This document shows positions 1-13,309 of a stretch of 64,000 nucleotides of DNA, piece after piece (within the stretch, counting starts at the first letter, position 1; each line of letters starts with the position of its first letter). The DNA is from Chara braunii (lineage: Eukaryota; Plantae; Charophyceae). The stretch covers positions 4,476,054-4,540,053 of the forward strand of contig BFEA01000003.1 of the NCBI GenBank assembly GCA_003427395.1, written 5' to 3'. Made by a program: the position numbers and the translations under genes. Below the pieces are notes generated by a model. The model saw nothing but the letters and a program-made list of their open reading frames with translations, had not been told where the DNA came from and ran no database searches.

Positions 1-3000
1 TTCTCTCTCTCTCTCTGCTTTTTGCGTGCCTGTTTCCCTTTCTTGATCATCTGAATCTTGGACCCGTCTCGCGCTGCTTTTCGCGCCTAGCCCCTCCTCG
101 CTCTTCAACCTCGGCTCACGAAGCCCGGTTGATCCTCCAATTACCCCTGATCACCAATCAGACGCGTTGAGCAAGATGACCTTCCTATTGCGCGGCGAAT
201 CTGATTGGCCGAACATCGGGTTCTGAAGGATCAACGTGGCTTCCCTTGAGCACCTTTCGCGGAACCTTCTCTCCTTGCACCTCGATCTCCCCTCTGACTC
301 CTCCCCCATCTATCTCCTTTCCCGCAACTATAAATTCCGCAAGCGCGCCCGCAAAATCTCTCTTACGTTTTTCACTCGCAAGCCAGCTTCCGGGGAGCAG
401 TGGCTAGGTGAGGCGTTTGATGCGAGTCAAAAAGTCCTGTCAAGCTAACTGTAGTCTGGCCGGCTGCGTGCCTGATCGCCACGACGGACTGTGGGATCCG
501 GGCGAGCCGAGTCGAGTCTGCGTCAGCGGGGTGACGATCGTAGTGGCGAAAGTTAGCACGCGACGGTCGGGATCGTCGGTGCGGGTATGAGGATTTGTAA
601 TTGGAGTTCAGTGGATGATTGGCCTGAGGCCATATTGGAATTTTACGGCGAATGCGCCTTCATGATTGCGGATCATTTTTCTGGTGTGAGTTCATGGTTA
701 TGAAGCCGAATACTCCCTTGTTGAATTTTGGTGTCGTCAGTCTTGGCTTTTTCTCGTCTATCCCTTCCATCTCTCTCTCTCTCTCCGACTTGTATAACGA
801 TGTGTTATGGGTTTGTCTCTCTTGTAACCCGAAGTGAACCCTCGTGATCTCCTGCGAAGAAGAACTGCTTCCGGAACTCTTCCATTAGTTTCCCGAGTAA
901 TCCCCAAATGCCAGGAACTCAATTTTCTTGTCTTGTGAACGGTGGATGCGTGTGTACAATCCCTTAATTGATTTCTGACTTGTGCTCCCTTACCATTTTC
1001 GCACCTTCCACAGTGGATGTATGTATAGAAATGCTTGTATTTCTGCGATTGCACCCGACGAGATTTTGTTCGACAATGCAAGAGTGTTAAGATCTGTAGT
1101 TCTGAATGAACTGCACATGCCATCTGCCTTATGCTGCACGACATCAACAGGCAGTCTGTGGGGCAGCTTCGTGTTTTTGTTAATCTGGTCTACTGAAACA
1201 GAGTCGCGGGTTTGTCCCTCGGAACTCAAACCCAATTAATGCATGATTGTGCGGGTTCCAAGGAAGGAAGATACTAATTAGTTCTTTTTCGATCGTGTTT
1301 GTTGATGACGTGTAAACTCCGTTTGATTGATTGATATGTGGACTAACGGTCGTTTCTCGGTCGGGCGCCAGCCTTCCGTATCTCCCTCGCCGACGCGCCC
1401 CTTCCCCTACAACGAGGAAAGGACACGTGTATGTGAGTGGGACGTACNAGAAGTTGTTGCACGGATCGGCGNANAATNTTATTTCCCTCCTGAAAATCGT
1501 TGTTCTGGGNTCGTGGATGCGGNCTTTGTCATTATCGATACGCACTTCCCACCCTACTCAGTACTGTTGCCATTTAGCAAGTTGATCGTCATTCCGTGGA
1601 CGGCAGTGGCGTCCCATTAGCCCCGAACCCTGTGCACTGAGTGCCAGCATTTCGATCGCTACGAATCGAAGGGCTTCCACTACNGGATACGGAGTGAAGA
1701 CGAGCACAAGGAAAGAGCCACGCGGCTGAGACCATCCACGTCAGACTAGGAATTGACCAGCGAGCGACGTCGGGACTTGATACGAAAACGGGATACGCGG
1801 AGTGTACCGAAACCCTTCCGCTCTAAACGAAGATCCGTAGCGCGGTGGGAAGCTCGACAATACTTTTTGGATTAAAGTTGGATTTTTCTCTTTTCGCGCC
1901 GTGCTGGCGCGTGCATTGTGCGACGCGCGAAAGCAACCGACAACTTGGGGGATTTCAGTTCTATCTGTGTCGCTACACTCAATTTTTCAAAAATCCTTGG
2001 CACACCCCATCTTGTTGTTTTTCTGAGCCTTCTTTCCGCACTTTTAGCACTCTGAACGAGAGACAGCACAGGGCGTGAGGTTGGCGTGTCACAAGAGTGC
2101 ATGCGAAGACAAGGCGGGAAAGAAGAAAACACAAGGTCATCAAGAACAAGAAGATTACAGTTGCGATTGCGCCCGCCAAAAGCTACAGTTACATACAAGA
2201 TTAAGGCGCGGATGGAAATCAGAGCCCAGACCCTGTCGAGGCGCAGCGCGTGCGAGCAAGAAGCGCCATGCAGCCAAATTCCAAAGTGCCTAAATTCCTA
2301 GTCTAATCCTAATTGCAAAAAGAAAATTTCGAACGAAAAACAATTTCGAGAGTCTGCGGGGGCTCGACATTAGTTCGAATTTTGAAAACGAAAATTCCCG
2401 CGCACTAATCGCGTCAAAATTCCTAGTGCTCACAGCAGAACAAGAAAGAAGCTATGGCAACCGTTATTTCTCGCGCTCGCTAGGGCGCGGTCATTCAATC
2501 GTCGGCGCGGGGCTTTCCCGGCGCTGACCCAATGAATTCCAACAAAAACAAAAAAGAAGTGAGGGCATCCATGCAACTTGCCCAACCGATCCCTGCTTAC
2601 GCCCGTCACCCATCAAAGCCCTCCCGTTTCCCCATAGCAGCCTCACGCAGGAAGTCGCGCGGTTACAGAAGATAGTTTGTCACAGGGCAGGCTCAAAGAT
2701 GCATTTATTGTTGCTGAAATGAAATGACATTGTGACAAAATTGGAACACGGGGCCCAAGCACGAGCTAAGAAGGAAGAGGGGGTGATTGGAGTTGTCCGG
2801 TGCTTATGAAGGAAGCGGCTGAGACCAACAGTGCAACTAGGAACTGGGACTGGTCATGGACTGGGACGGGGACGGGGACCAGACCACAGCGATGAAATCC
2901 TTTCACAATCCTTAGTGTAGACACCAAACAAACCAACGGCAAAAACGAAAAACGGCCACAGCCCGTACGTTTCCTAAAATCGTGGCACGTTAACGGGCAC

Positions 3001-3224
3001 GACTCAAGGAAGTACTGGTGGTTTAAAGGGTCCACCATCCCTGTTAACCACTTGTATGGCACATGGGTCCTTCATGTCCATTTCCCTCCCTCCAGAACTA
3101 AGCTCGGGAGGTTCCGTTGACTCTTGATTAGGATATCAACCCGCTGACCAGCCATAATGAAAGATGCAACATTTTTTAATTAATTTATTTATTTATTTAT
3201 TTTTCACTATAAAGCCCAGGTTGT

Positions 3225-4170
3225 TAGATTGGATCTGTCATGTAGTATTCGAAGGTTCCATTCCTCCGGCTTGGTCCACCCAATCCTGTCACTTTGCATA
3301 TAGAGTGAAGGTTAATCAAGCCATCATCAGAGTCAACGGATATCTTGTTGTGAGTGAGACCCACAAACCCTTTGATGGCCACCGCAAGTATGTCACTGCA
3401 TTGAGGTGTTTTTTGTTGAATCAGATGGCTTCTGCACTTGTGTAGACATACATGCTTGATGCACTAGACTCCAGGTAGTTGGGCGGTGACCTTCAAGTTG
3501 TCCCCTGATCCACCACCTGATACCAAAGACAGGTTGTCTCGTCCTGCCATCAGGATAGCCCTTGCTACCTTCTTCCCCCGAATACAACATACGGTCATTA
3601 TAACTGTATGCAGACTGAAAGATACCCCCAATGCAGCTATAATGGTGGAAGAAGGTAGTCTGTCAAGGATTTCAAACAGGAAATTTTTCTTTGACGGGTA
3701 GAAATCGCCCAATTTGCAAACCTTTGCAAACTGCAAACCACCCATTGGCAACGGCTCGAGCCCATATTGCCGAGCTCGTTCCGGTTTTTGGATCAGCCAT
3801 AACTCCTTGGAGTCCTTGCTTCTTCTCATCCCATCCATGAAAGTACAACGCTGAAACGGGATCGAAGGCATGTCTGCTCATGAGGAAGAATTGCAAAATG
3901 ATGTCGTCAAGCTTGCTATCGTGCAAGAATCTTGTTTGATATTCGGCATAGAACGGCTGAGCCATGTATAGTCCATCCAACCACATCTGATGGGGAGTTA
4001 TTTTTTTGTAGTAGAAGCCTCCCTCCGCAGCTGTTCTTGGCTGCATTGCCAACTGAGACATCAACAAGTCTGCTGCCTTGTGGTACTTTCCAATGACTTC
4101 AACACCACGTTCTGCTCCTCCTGCTGCAGCAGCATAATGTGGCATATGATTGTGATCAGGATCAGAATCC
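3225..4170 (-). pseudogene. GH105 (YteR-like unsaturated rhamnogalacturonyl hydrolase) pseudogene, 5'-truncated, intronless
   Basis: ORF 3672..4346 contains TPHQMWLDGLYMAQPFYAEY, HGWDEKK and IWARAVANGWF. Reading further on the minus strand gives WQDETTCLWYQVVDQ, NYLESSASSMYVY and ICKVTGLGGPSRRNGTFEYY, all recognisable GH105/YteR motifs. These are interrupted by stops, frameshifts and a MITE. Confidence 0.85.
3568..3655. mobile_element. Tc1/mariner-type MITE inserted in the GH105 pseudogene
   Basis: Imperfect TIRs CCTTCTTCC(C/A)CC flanked by TA on both sides. Removing it restores EILDRLARAIL. A sibling copy lies at 49082-49186. Confidence 0.75.
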
Positions 4171-4392
4171 CTTTTTATTTTTTTCAAGCACTGGTAACTT
4201 TGTCTGTACGGAAAATAGTGGGCCTCTTGCCTTTCAAGAGGCCGAAACGAAATGCCGCCGATCAGATTTATCAACGGCAGCCGTTGTCGGGCCCAACCTC
4301 CTAAGAGTTCGGGAGTTGGCAAAAACTTGTTGAAATCGGATGCCAATAGACCGGAGCCACCTATGAATATAGCTAGGGGTACATGCTCTTAT

Positions 4393-5006
4393 CAGCAATT
4401 GTCCTACCAACAGACACAATTGGTTTTTCCATGCCCCGGTCACCACCTGGGGGCATCGGCAGTTACCAAGTCGTTTCGGTAACTGAACCGTTTCCATCAC
4501 GACTAGTCTCACCCCACTACTCGCCAACTCTTCTTCGCAACCACGGATTCTCAACATCTACGGTTCATGACCTCCACCCAATATTATCGACATTCACCTG
4601 GACCGTGACAGCGACAATATTCACAACTCGGTTGGAGTTCGGACGAGGACCAAGGACTGCAAGGCTTTTTTGGATCAGGACTATGACATCAGCACGGCGG
4701 AGTTCAGATCGGGACAAGGACCGCCAAGCAATTGGATCAGGACCAGGGGCCAAGGAACTTACCCAGGATACATTTGGACGTCGCTGGCCTGGATAGCACT
4801 ACTCCCACTGCCCGCGAGGGTATAAGTTACCGACAGTGCCGCAGTCGACGCAGGTTGCTGAACTTGCTGGATCTGTGGGACTTCCCTTGAACCTCCCTCG
4901 ACTGCCCGTCCGCCAGCAGCACTCAGCACGTACACGAATCTGCAGTCATACAGTCATTTCCGTCAGCCAGTCTGAAAAGACTCATTACTCCTTCACCAAT
5001 TTTGGC
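4393..5006 (+). repeat. split direct repeat A1 of the YR retrotransposon
   Basis: Colinear with 24098-24689, sharing e.g. CAGTTACCAAGTCGTTTCGGTAAC and CTCCTTCACCAATTTTGGC. Confidence 0.85.
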
Positions 5007-5897
5007 CAGGGGTTGTTCCCCACTTCCAGCCTTCGGGTCCTCCTTCCCTTAGCAAGTCGAGCAAGTCGTTCTCCGGTCAGTTCGTGCAAGTCATCCGCCG
5101 GTCAGTTCGTGCAAGTGGGAAACAATGAAGAGAGTTACAAGGGGAAAAGGCGAAAGGAAGAATTGGAATGCCGCAATTAAAAATCTTCGACCTTAAAAAA
5201 AAAAGAAAAAAAAAAGGGGGGGGAGGTGGGGGAGCAAGGGAAATAATAAACGACGATAAGGGTCTTTTAGCCACCCTCGCCCTCTAGTAAGCATTGCGGA
5301 AGAATCATTCACTCCTCTCCAGGTTCGATCTCACCAACGCTCGTTCGATTCATCAATTACCCATCTGATGGCCACCACAACGTCACACCTTTGTCAATTG
5401 GCAGTGTATCCTATTTGCCCGCCTTATAGACCAATCAATCAAATCAACTGATCTATCAATCTACCCATCAACTCTAAAAAATCCCTTGTCCTTCTCGATC
5501 TTCCCCAATTCATTAGTTGACTATGTAACCTTTGATTGTCAAGCTTGCGAAATAATATAAAAAGAAAGGGGGGGGAGAAATGGTCAACCGATCAATTGAT
5601 CTGATATTCCATCCTTCTCGATCGGACATTAGCATCGCCCGCCTATTCAAACAATATTTATTCAGATCGACCGACTCATCATCCAATCAATCAGTCGATC
5701 AACCAACTGATTGCCCATTTCAAGATCTTGAATGACCAATAGATCAAATCAACCCATAAACACAAAAAATACACCTTAAACTAATCAACCATCCAGCTGA
5801 TTGCTTTGCTGAACCAATCGATCATTGCATTATCAACCCCAGGAACCCTACAGTCAATCTGTCGATTATATAGCCTATTGCGTGTTTGAAAAGTGTG

Positions 5898-5899
<2 letters not shown>

Positions 5900-5939
<40 letters not shown>

Positions 5940-6181
5940 TCACAAACAGAACTGCCCGGTAAACCATAGGCAGAGAGAGAGAAGAGGACAACAAACGAGG
6001 GGTTGTGACAAACTGTTTCGTATATATATACATATATATATATATCGTCACAAACAGAACTATATATATATATATATATACATATATCGTCACAAACAGA
6101 ACTGTTCGGTAAACCGTAGGCAGAGAGAGAGAGCAGAGGACAACAAACGAGGGGTTGTGACAAACTGTTTCGTCGGAGTTT

Positions 6182-6237
<56 letters not shown>
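5900..6237 (-). repeat. (TA)n microsatellite containing nested 3' ends of the TA-family hammerhead element
   Basis: Segments 5938-6020, 6045-6060 and 6087-6188 are reverse complements of the 3' part of the 53520-53720 element. All share the same 3' end and have different 5' truncations. Confidence 0.8.
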
Positions 6238-6238
<1 letters not shown>

Positions 6239-9200
6239 TTGCAAGGATTATCGGAAAAAAAAAGAAAAAAAAAGGGGAGAGGAGGAAGAAACTTACGAAC
6301 CAGACAACCTTTGATTGTCCGACCAAACAAGCTCATCAACAGTTCAACCAGTCGTTATCTAATTGTCGGACCAATTCGATCATTAAAAATCAATCGACAT
6401 CAACCTTACACTACCCGGCTACCAAAAAAGGGGGCACACCGAGCAGCAACAAGGCGAGAATTCATAAGGAAATCTACAACCTTCCTCAAACCAAGCCAAA
6501 ACACAATTCATCAGTGATCTTAAAAAAAAAAAAAAAAACAACAACAACAACAACAACAACAAGGGNNNNNNNNNNNNNNNNNNNNNNNNNNNNNNNNNNN
6601 NNNNNNNNNNNNNNNNNNNNNNNNNNNNNNNNNNNNNNNNNNNNNNNNNNNNNNNNNNNNNNNNNNNNNNNNNNNNNNNNNNNNNNNNNNNNNNNNNNNN
6701 NNNNNNNNNNNNNNNNNNNNNNNNNNNNNNNNNNNNNNNNNNNNNNNNNNNNNNNNNNNNNNNNNNNNNNNNNNNNNNNNNNNNNNNNNNNNNNNNNNNN
6801 NNNNNNNNNNNNNNNNNNNNNNNNNNNNNNNNNNNNNNNNNNNNNNNNNNNNNNNNNNNNNNNNNNNNNNNNNNNNNNNNNNNNNNNNNNNNNNNNNNNN
6901 NNNNNNNNNNNNNNNNNNNNNNNNNNNNNNNNNNNNNNNNNNNNNNNNNNNNNNNNNNNNNNNNNNNNNNNNNNNNNNNNNNNNNNNNNNNNNNNNNNNN
7001 NNNNNNNNNNNNNNNNNNNNNNNNNNNNNNNNNNNNNNNNNNNNNNNNNNNNNNNNNNNNNNNNNNNNCTAATATCTGTCTACACATTCTCCACCGCCCA
7101 CTTCATAGACATTCAGACTTTCTTGCAATTGCCCTTCAGCTTGATGCTGATCTTCCTTGCCTAAAGGCAGGGGATNGTAATTATACNAGGGAAGGGGGGN
7201 TTACAATTGCAATCCTANAAGTAGNAATGAGGGACCATCAACTTNAACTGTGCAATGCTCAGACAGATGAGTGGTTTCACCATCCTTCCCACATCTCNTG
7301 TACACGGACCTGGCCATCACATGGCCATTGTACATGTCTCTGACAACTGTGAGTTGTGGGACAACGGCAGCATGGTGCATGCCATGACTGATGTTGCTGA
7401 TTTCTTACATAACGATGCTGTTTCCCTGCCACACCAACCTGTCTGCACACTCTTTTATGCCGAAGATCATTCCTCTGCCCCCTTGCTGCCAGTGGACAAC
7501 ATATCAACACTCAGCAACCTTCTCCTTTGCACAACTACAAACACTGTCACACAGGGCTGCAACTGTCATTGTCTCGGTCACGATCACTCAATGACATAGT
7601 TTCTGCATGCATGTGGAGAGGGTTGTCCCTCCTTTGCTGACTGCAGGCACCTCCATCTCAGGACACTATATGTCCAATTCTCGGCCAGGGCGTTATACTG
7701 AATGCATGGTCTTCTGTGGTGCCTGTTCATCCTTCATATTGGCCTGATATTAACATGCCATTTGTAGGAAGTGTTTGGTGAGCATGCGCAGTGCCAGCCG
7801 TTGTGGCATTGTTGTATTGGGAATGATCAACTAGCTTTTCCACGTTCTCATCCATCTCATCCTTACTGTATGTCCTCTCCAGAAAAGATCGGAGCCAACC
7901 AAAGGCGGACTGTCCATCAGGCACGGGCTCTTATCCATGTCGGTCGGCCAGACGCACCCCGTGAATCCGTGATGTATCAAACAAAAAAAGTATGTCCTCT
8001 CTATCGCTAAGGACAGACTGATTCTTGAGCCTTCTCTTATGCTTTCCTATGCTTTCATCTTCATTACACAATCCTCACTTTCCCTTAACACCTCCTTGCG
8101 TTCCTTGCTGTCTTCTCTCCATCGTTTCTCTCTGTTTATCCCCTCTCCCTTTACTCTGGCTCTTTTTCACAACGTACAAGAAGGTTGGGATATGGGCAAT
8201 TTGTGCTCAACTTCATTAACATGGTGAGCCTTGTACGTGAGAGGCACAGTAAAGGGGGAGCTTGAAGAAGAAATGATCAAAAGAACAGTTTCAGTGTGCT
8301 CTTCATGTTTGACAACCCTCCAATCTTCGACCTCTTCCTCAAATTATTTTTTCCCTCAAGCTTCGCAGCCAAGAACGACTCAGTTATCTCGGATGGCAGA
8401 CTGATAACGGAGTTCACTCAACTAATCACCCCGCTAGTCAACCATAACCCCCTCCCGCATCTTCGTCCTATATCCTCCTGCTGCTTCCCTCCTCCCTCTC
8501 CATCTCTTTGCTCTTCCCCTCCTCTTACCAAGATCATTCGTGCAATTACAAGATAGACTCGTTGAGGAGAGGTTCGGCTCATCTCTAGAAGTCAATGATT
8601 TACTCGAGTTCGCTCAGAACACCGCCTTTATCTCCTTCCACAACAGCGAGCAATCATTCTTCTTTCTCAAAAGAAAGAAATCAATCGAACTATTATCTCA
8701 CTCCTTTTTCCCCAATCTGATTACCTCACTAATCTTCGTTGGCTCAAGACACCTTCCTTTTCTGACGGCTGAGGAGCATGGTCGTGCCAAGTTGGATCTC
8801 GTCGTCTTCAAGGAAGAACGCGCGCACAACCTTCGAGTTCCTTTTTACTGTTTTGTCCTCTGTCAGGCTTCCTCAAGAAGATCGTCCTTTCGATTTTGGG
8901 TTACCTCGGGTCTGTGGAGCCTCACCGAGCACCTCTTCTCCCTTGCGCTCTCCCCAGGCTTCATCACGCCTCTCACCTGCTTCTTCAAAGGTTTCCTCGC
9001 AGAGTTGGTCAAGTCAAACTTCAGCCACCTTTTCTTGCATGCGCTCATCTCCACAGGACCAGGGACCTGGTTCAGATTGATCAAGGGCGCTATTTGCGAT
9101 ACCCTCGGGGATTTCTACCCTATTCCCCAGTCCCCTAGAGAGCCTTCTTACCCGCTCTCACAACCTCCTCCGCAACTCCTTCTCAGAACCACTGAGGGAA

Positions 9201-9311
9201 CCTTCTCTTTTCCCCTTCTCGAGGAATCTCTGGACTAACCAGCATGGCACCGAAGAGATCTTCCAATACTTCCTCCTCCAGAAGAAGAAGATCAACTCGG
9301 GCCTCCGCTAT

Positions 9312-9745
9312 TAGCCGAACGCCCGAACGTATAAGACCTCTTGGGAATGCGTTCGGTCGTTCGGGCCGAATGCGGATCCAAAAAAAAAAAAAAAAAAAAG
9401 TCATCAACAAAATCTGAAAAAAATATATGTTATGGAGAAAAATAAATTAAACAAGATTTGCCCAAGCTTTACATCCGAATTCCTTACCAAATTTGAAATA
9501 AAAATAGAATACGGAAAACCAATACTAAAAATAAAAATAAATAAAAATGAAAAGAGAATTAAATTTAGTGAGTGGGCGAGCATGTTTTCGACACCGTCAT
9601 CTTTGGCGATTTTTTTTTTTTTTTTTTGGCATAGCTAAATACCCTGAAAATTTACAGATGTGTACTTCACATAATACAAAACCCACTAAAAAAGTTTCAA
9701 AAAATAATAAATTTNTTTAGACCCCGAAATAAAGTGAAACCAAAA
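9312..9745 (+). mobile_element. partial copy of the hAT-type non-autonomous element at 53842-54918
   Basis: Shares CCGAACGCCCGAACGT and the AT-rich body (ACATCC.AAT..TTACCAAATTTGAAATAAAAAT, TTT.GACACCG..TCTTTGGC) with 53860-54630. Confidence 0.65.
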
Positions 9746-10850
9746 CTAATTGTCGGACCAATTCGATCATTAAAAATCAATCAACATCAACCTTACACTA
9801 CCCTACTACCAAAAAAGGGGGCGCAACATGCAGCAACAAGGTAAGGTTTCAGAAGGAAATTTACAGCCTTCCTCAAACCAAGACAAAACACAATTCGTCA
9901 ATGATCTTCAAAGAAAAAGAAAAAAAAGAAAAAAAAAAAGGAAGAGGAATAATTATTAAAAGGGGAAGGAAGAAAGATGTAAAAAAAAACAAAAAGGGGG
10001 AGTGCAAAGAAAATGAAAAAGAACAAGGGGGGACAAGATTCTACGCTGAGCAATACGTGGATTGCTCAAACCCTCTATGCAGCGTCAGGAAGTAATACAC
10101 AGGAATACACAGGAATACACAGACTGCACGATGAACACGCAGTACAACACACTGTCAAAATGCCAAAGACGTTGTGTCATCAAAACCATCTTTAATTATT
10201 AAAACAACTCACGTTAACACGTGGTTGTTAACAGTGGTCACATGAAGCACAAGAAGATGAGTGATGATATGATGCAAAACCCCCGTTGTTAAAATGACAA
10301 CCGCACCGCTCACTCATCCCTTCGGTTCACCAACCAAGTCCCATCACCGCCACTCGGCGAAAGAGGAAATAGCTCATCAACAATAGTCAATTTATCTTCG
10401 ACTCGTTCGCCCCCTGTCTTGAAGTCATCCCATCGGTATCACACCAATCCAAAGACACATTAGTAGGCCCCTCGACGTTTCCGGAGCCCACAACAAAACA
10501 GTCGACTATCAAAACACCAGTTTGAAACTCAAAGAAAACAAGTCAAATTTGAATGTTACTACTCCGATCTCGCCCATTTGGTTATCGGTTCGAGACTCAA
10601 AGGAAAAAAGGGCAAATCAAGACAAAAAGTGTTGATGTGTCAGTCCCATCCGTAGGTTACCGGTTCGCAACCCTGCAAGTGTTGGTTCAAAGGGTACACC
10701 CTGGTCCCAATAAACTAGCACTACTCACAATCCTACAATGCTACAATTAAGTTCAACTGCTCCCTACCCCGCAACCGCATTACGAATCTAACCTAAAGCA
10801 CAACCAGAGCTAACCTACCTACTCGTTCAAGGCAATCTCAATCAATTACA

Positions 10851-13056
10851 ATCCCAATCTTGACCAAGAAGAAGAACATCGGTCAGTCAACAACATACAG
10901 AGCAATTTCCAAATCGATTTCCTTCCCTTGCTGAAGCTTCAAAGTGTCGCTCTGAACCATTGTCTGGGATCGTTACATCTGCTGAGCTCATTCCTCAGCA
11001 GAATCAGAGTGTCCAGTATCTCCATTCTCATATCCGAGTTTTGTTCAATCTGGTGCAATGCGCTAAATATGACCGTCATTTTTGCTTGCTTACCAGTCCA
11101 CGACTCAAAGTCTTGGAAGGTACGGAACAGTAAAACATCTCCACTTCGTAATTGCTTTTCGTTTTTAAATGTCTGCACAGTGCCAAGCAACGGGAAATTT
11201 TGGTTAATCGAAAGTTTACACCCCAAAAAATTTCATTCATCATCGCCCTCGTCTGTCCGTTTCAACGTAAGTACCTTATCATAACACTTCTCAAATCGCT
11301 TCAACAACTCAATTGCTTTCTTCTTGTCGCCTACCTTCCTTCGGTTAAAGGCCGCAAAAACAAACGCATTGTCGACAAAACGCAACCCTGCAAAAACTCT
11401 CTTCTGATTTTCCAAGGTAATGATGAAGTCTCATTCATGCTTCACGCACATAAGGCATGCCAATGGGGGGCTCAAACTCTTCCCCTTTGGTATGCCAATT
11501 ACCTGTTGGATTATAATTCCACATGCTCTGGTAAAGCAAAAGTCAAGTTCGAAAGCAACGAACTGCAGCAACAAGTTGAACGGAACAAAGGTGAAGCCAT
11601 CCAATCGGCTACTTTTACTCAAACAAGCAAGTTTTCCTCTTCTCTGCACAAACACTCCTTCGTAACCTCTATTAGAGAACCACCAAATCACCCATTCAAT
11701 CACAGACATGATCGCCGCATGAGGAAGGCGGCTGAACATGTTTTTGATGTTGAAGAAGGCGCCCACGATACCTGTGCTCTGCCTACTCCTACCCAAACGA
11801 TTGTTGATCGCACTTAGTTTAGCTTTCATCGACGATACCGATCTCAAATTCAGGTGGCCAGACTCAGGTAAAGAAAACAACATACAGTTGACTCCTTTCA
11901 CCACCAGCTTACATGCTCTAACCGATGGTTCGTTGAAAGTGGGGCTGATCAACCGACACTTCCATGTATCTTTATGCTTAGGCATTACGTAGGCGTTTCC
12001 ATACTTTCCTTTTGAATTCCACTTACCAAGAGACGAAAACCCGTAGGAAACGAAATTAGACTTAGCTCGTTCTACTACCTCATGTTCCCTCTCAGCACAA
12101 ACTCGATAACCATTGCTGGTCAGGAAAGTCACTTCCATACAAGTATCATACAAACGAGGACACATTACCAATGTATCCCCGAGGTTCCTGTCCAGTGGGG
12201 TCACCACGAGCCCATTCAGTTTCTCCTGCAATGCCAAGACTTCACTCAACTGATTATCAGGTGACTGTTCATTACTGTTGATAAAGCAGCCCGTAACCTC
12301 TGATGTGGATAGAGAACAGTCCTCCATTGTCACTCTCGAGGTGTCTCTCCAAATTTCAAAAGCCAAAGTCAATTCTCTACCCAACAGTTGGTATCTATGT
12401 TCTTGATCACCACGTGGTACATTCTTTGCATTGCAGACAATCCGTGGTACGTCAATCAAATCATTGATCCGGAGATGAACGTGCCCATCCCGTTTGGGAG
12501 GGGTCAGCCCAGCACAAGGACAGTTGGACGCACGCACTGAAGCAAACTGTCGGTGGTTGTGGAGAATCTCGCCCACATTCGGGCATCTCTTCCAAACAAC
12601 ACGTGCACGCCGTTTTACCATCTCCTTAATTGGTGCCTCTATCTGCATATTACCCACCTTCCTCCTTACAACTCTCATAACCTCACTCTTCCTTATCCTA
12701 TCATCAAATTGTACCTTTGCTATGATCCTAGTTCGGATATTCACGTTAAAATTATCCCGTACCACTCTGGAAATCATCGACCTCGCCTTCGGCTTACTCT
12801 TCTTCGTTGTGAAATCCTTCATTGCACAGTAGTACCTAGCTAACTCAACCAGATTCTTCTCCTTCAGGTTCATCTGCTTTCTTGGATTCTTGAACATCCC
12901 AACCATCTTGTCTCGTAAAGCCAAGACCATCGGTGACGCCACCGTAACTTTACATAGCATAACTTCCCTCTCAATTTCAAAACTCTTCTTACACTTCCGC
13001 AATGCACGTGTTCTATTTTCACACTTCACTCGGCTTTCGCCGAAAATTCGCCGCAC
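10851..13056 (-). pseudogene. Penelope-like reverse transcriptase (disrupted)
   Basis: Motifs CPC..GHVH, LVVTPLDRNLGDTLVMCP (DKG-like), YVMPKHKD..CRLIS, NIKNMF, QVIGIPKGKSLSPPLA, RFVD(N/D) and the thumb region. Stops split ORFs 11431..13056, 11233..11415 and 10939..11226. Confidence 0.85.
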
Positions 13057-13309
13057 TACCCGCCAACCATTTGCCCACGTGTTGCCCCTGTTGCAGAAGA
13101 GAACAATTTTTCCCTTTCTCTTAGTCAGTGCTCATAGTGCCTCCACAACCTTCACCGTACCAACACCCTTTCCCTCCTGCCGTTTCTCCACGATCTTCGT
13201 GCTATGCTTCTGGTAATCGCCTATACTTCTACGCTCATTATTTCGCTATTTCTTCCTTTCTTTCCTCCCTGGTCTACGCTTACTTTTCTTCGGCACCTTT
13301 CTCACCTTG

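Noticed and set aside
1-2750. Short ORFs in a GC-moderate region
   Set aside because: No recognisable protein motif or terminal structure; left unassigned.
5893-7164. 423-aa ORF and other long ORFs spanning N gaps or microsatellites
   Set aside because: Artefacts of (TA)n, (GAA)n, poly(T) and N runs.
10111-10850. Expected hammerhead in the PLE pLTR
   Set aside because: Only partial motifs were found (e.g. CTGACGAG in the 15105 copy), without a convincing stem II/GAAA/stem III.
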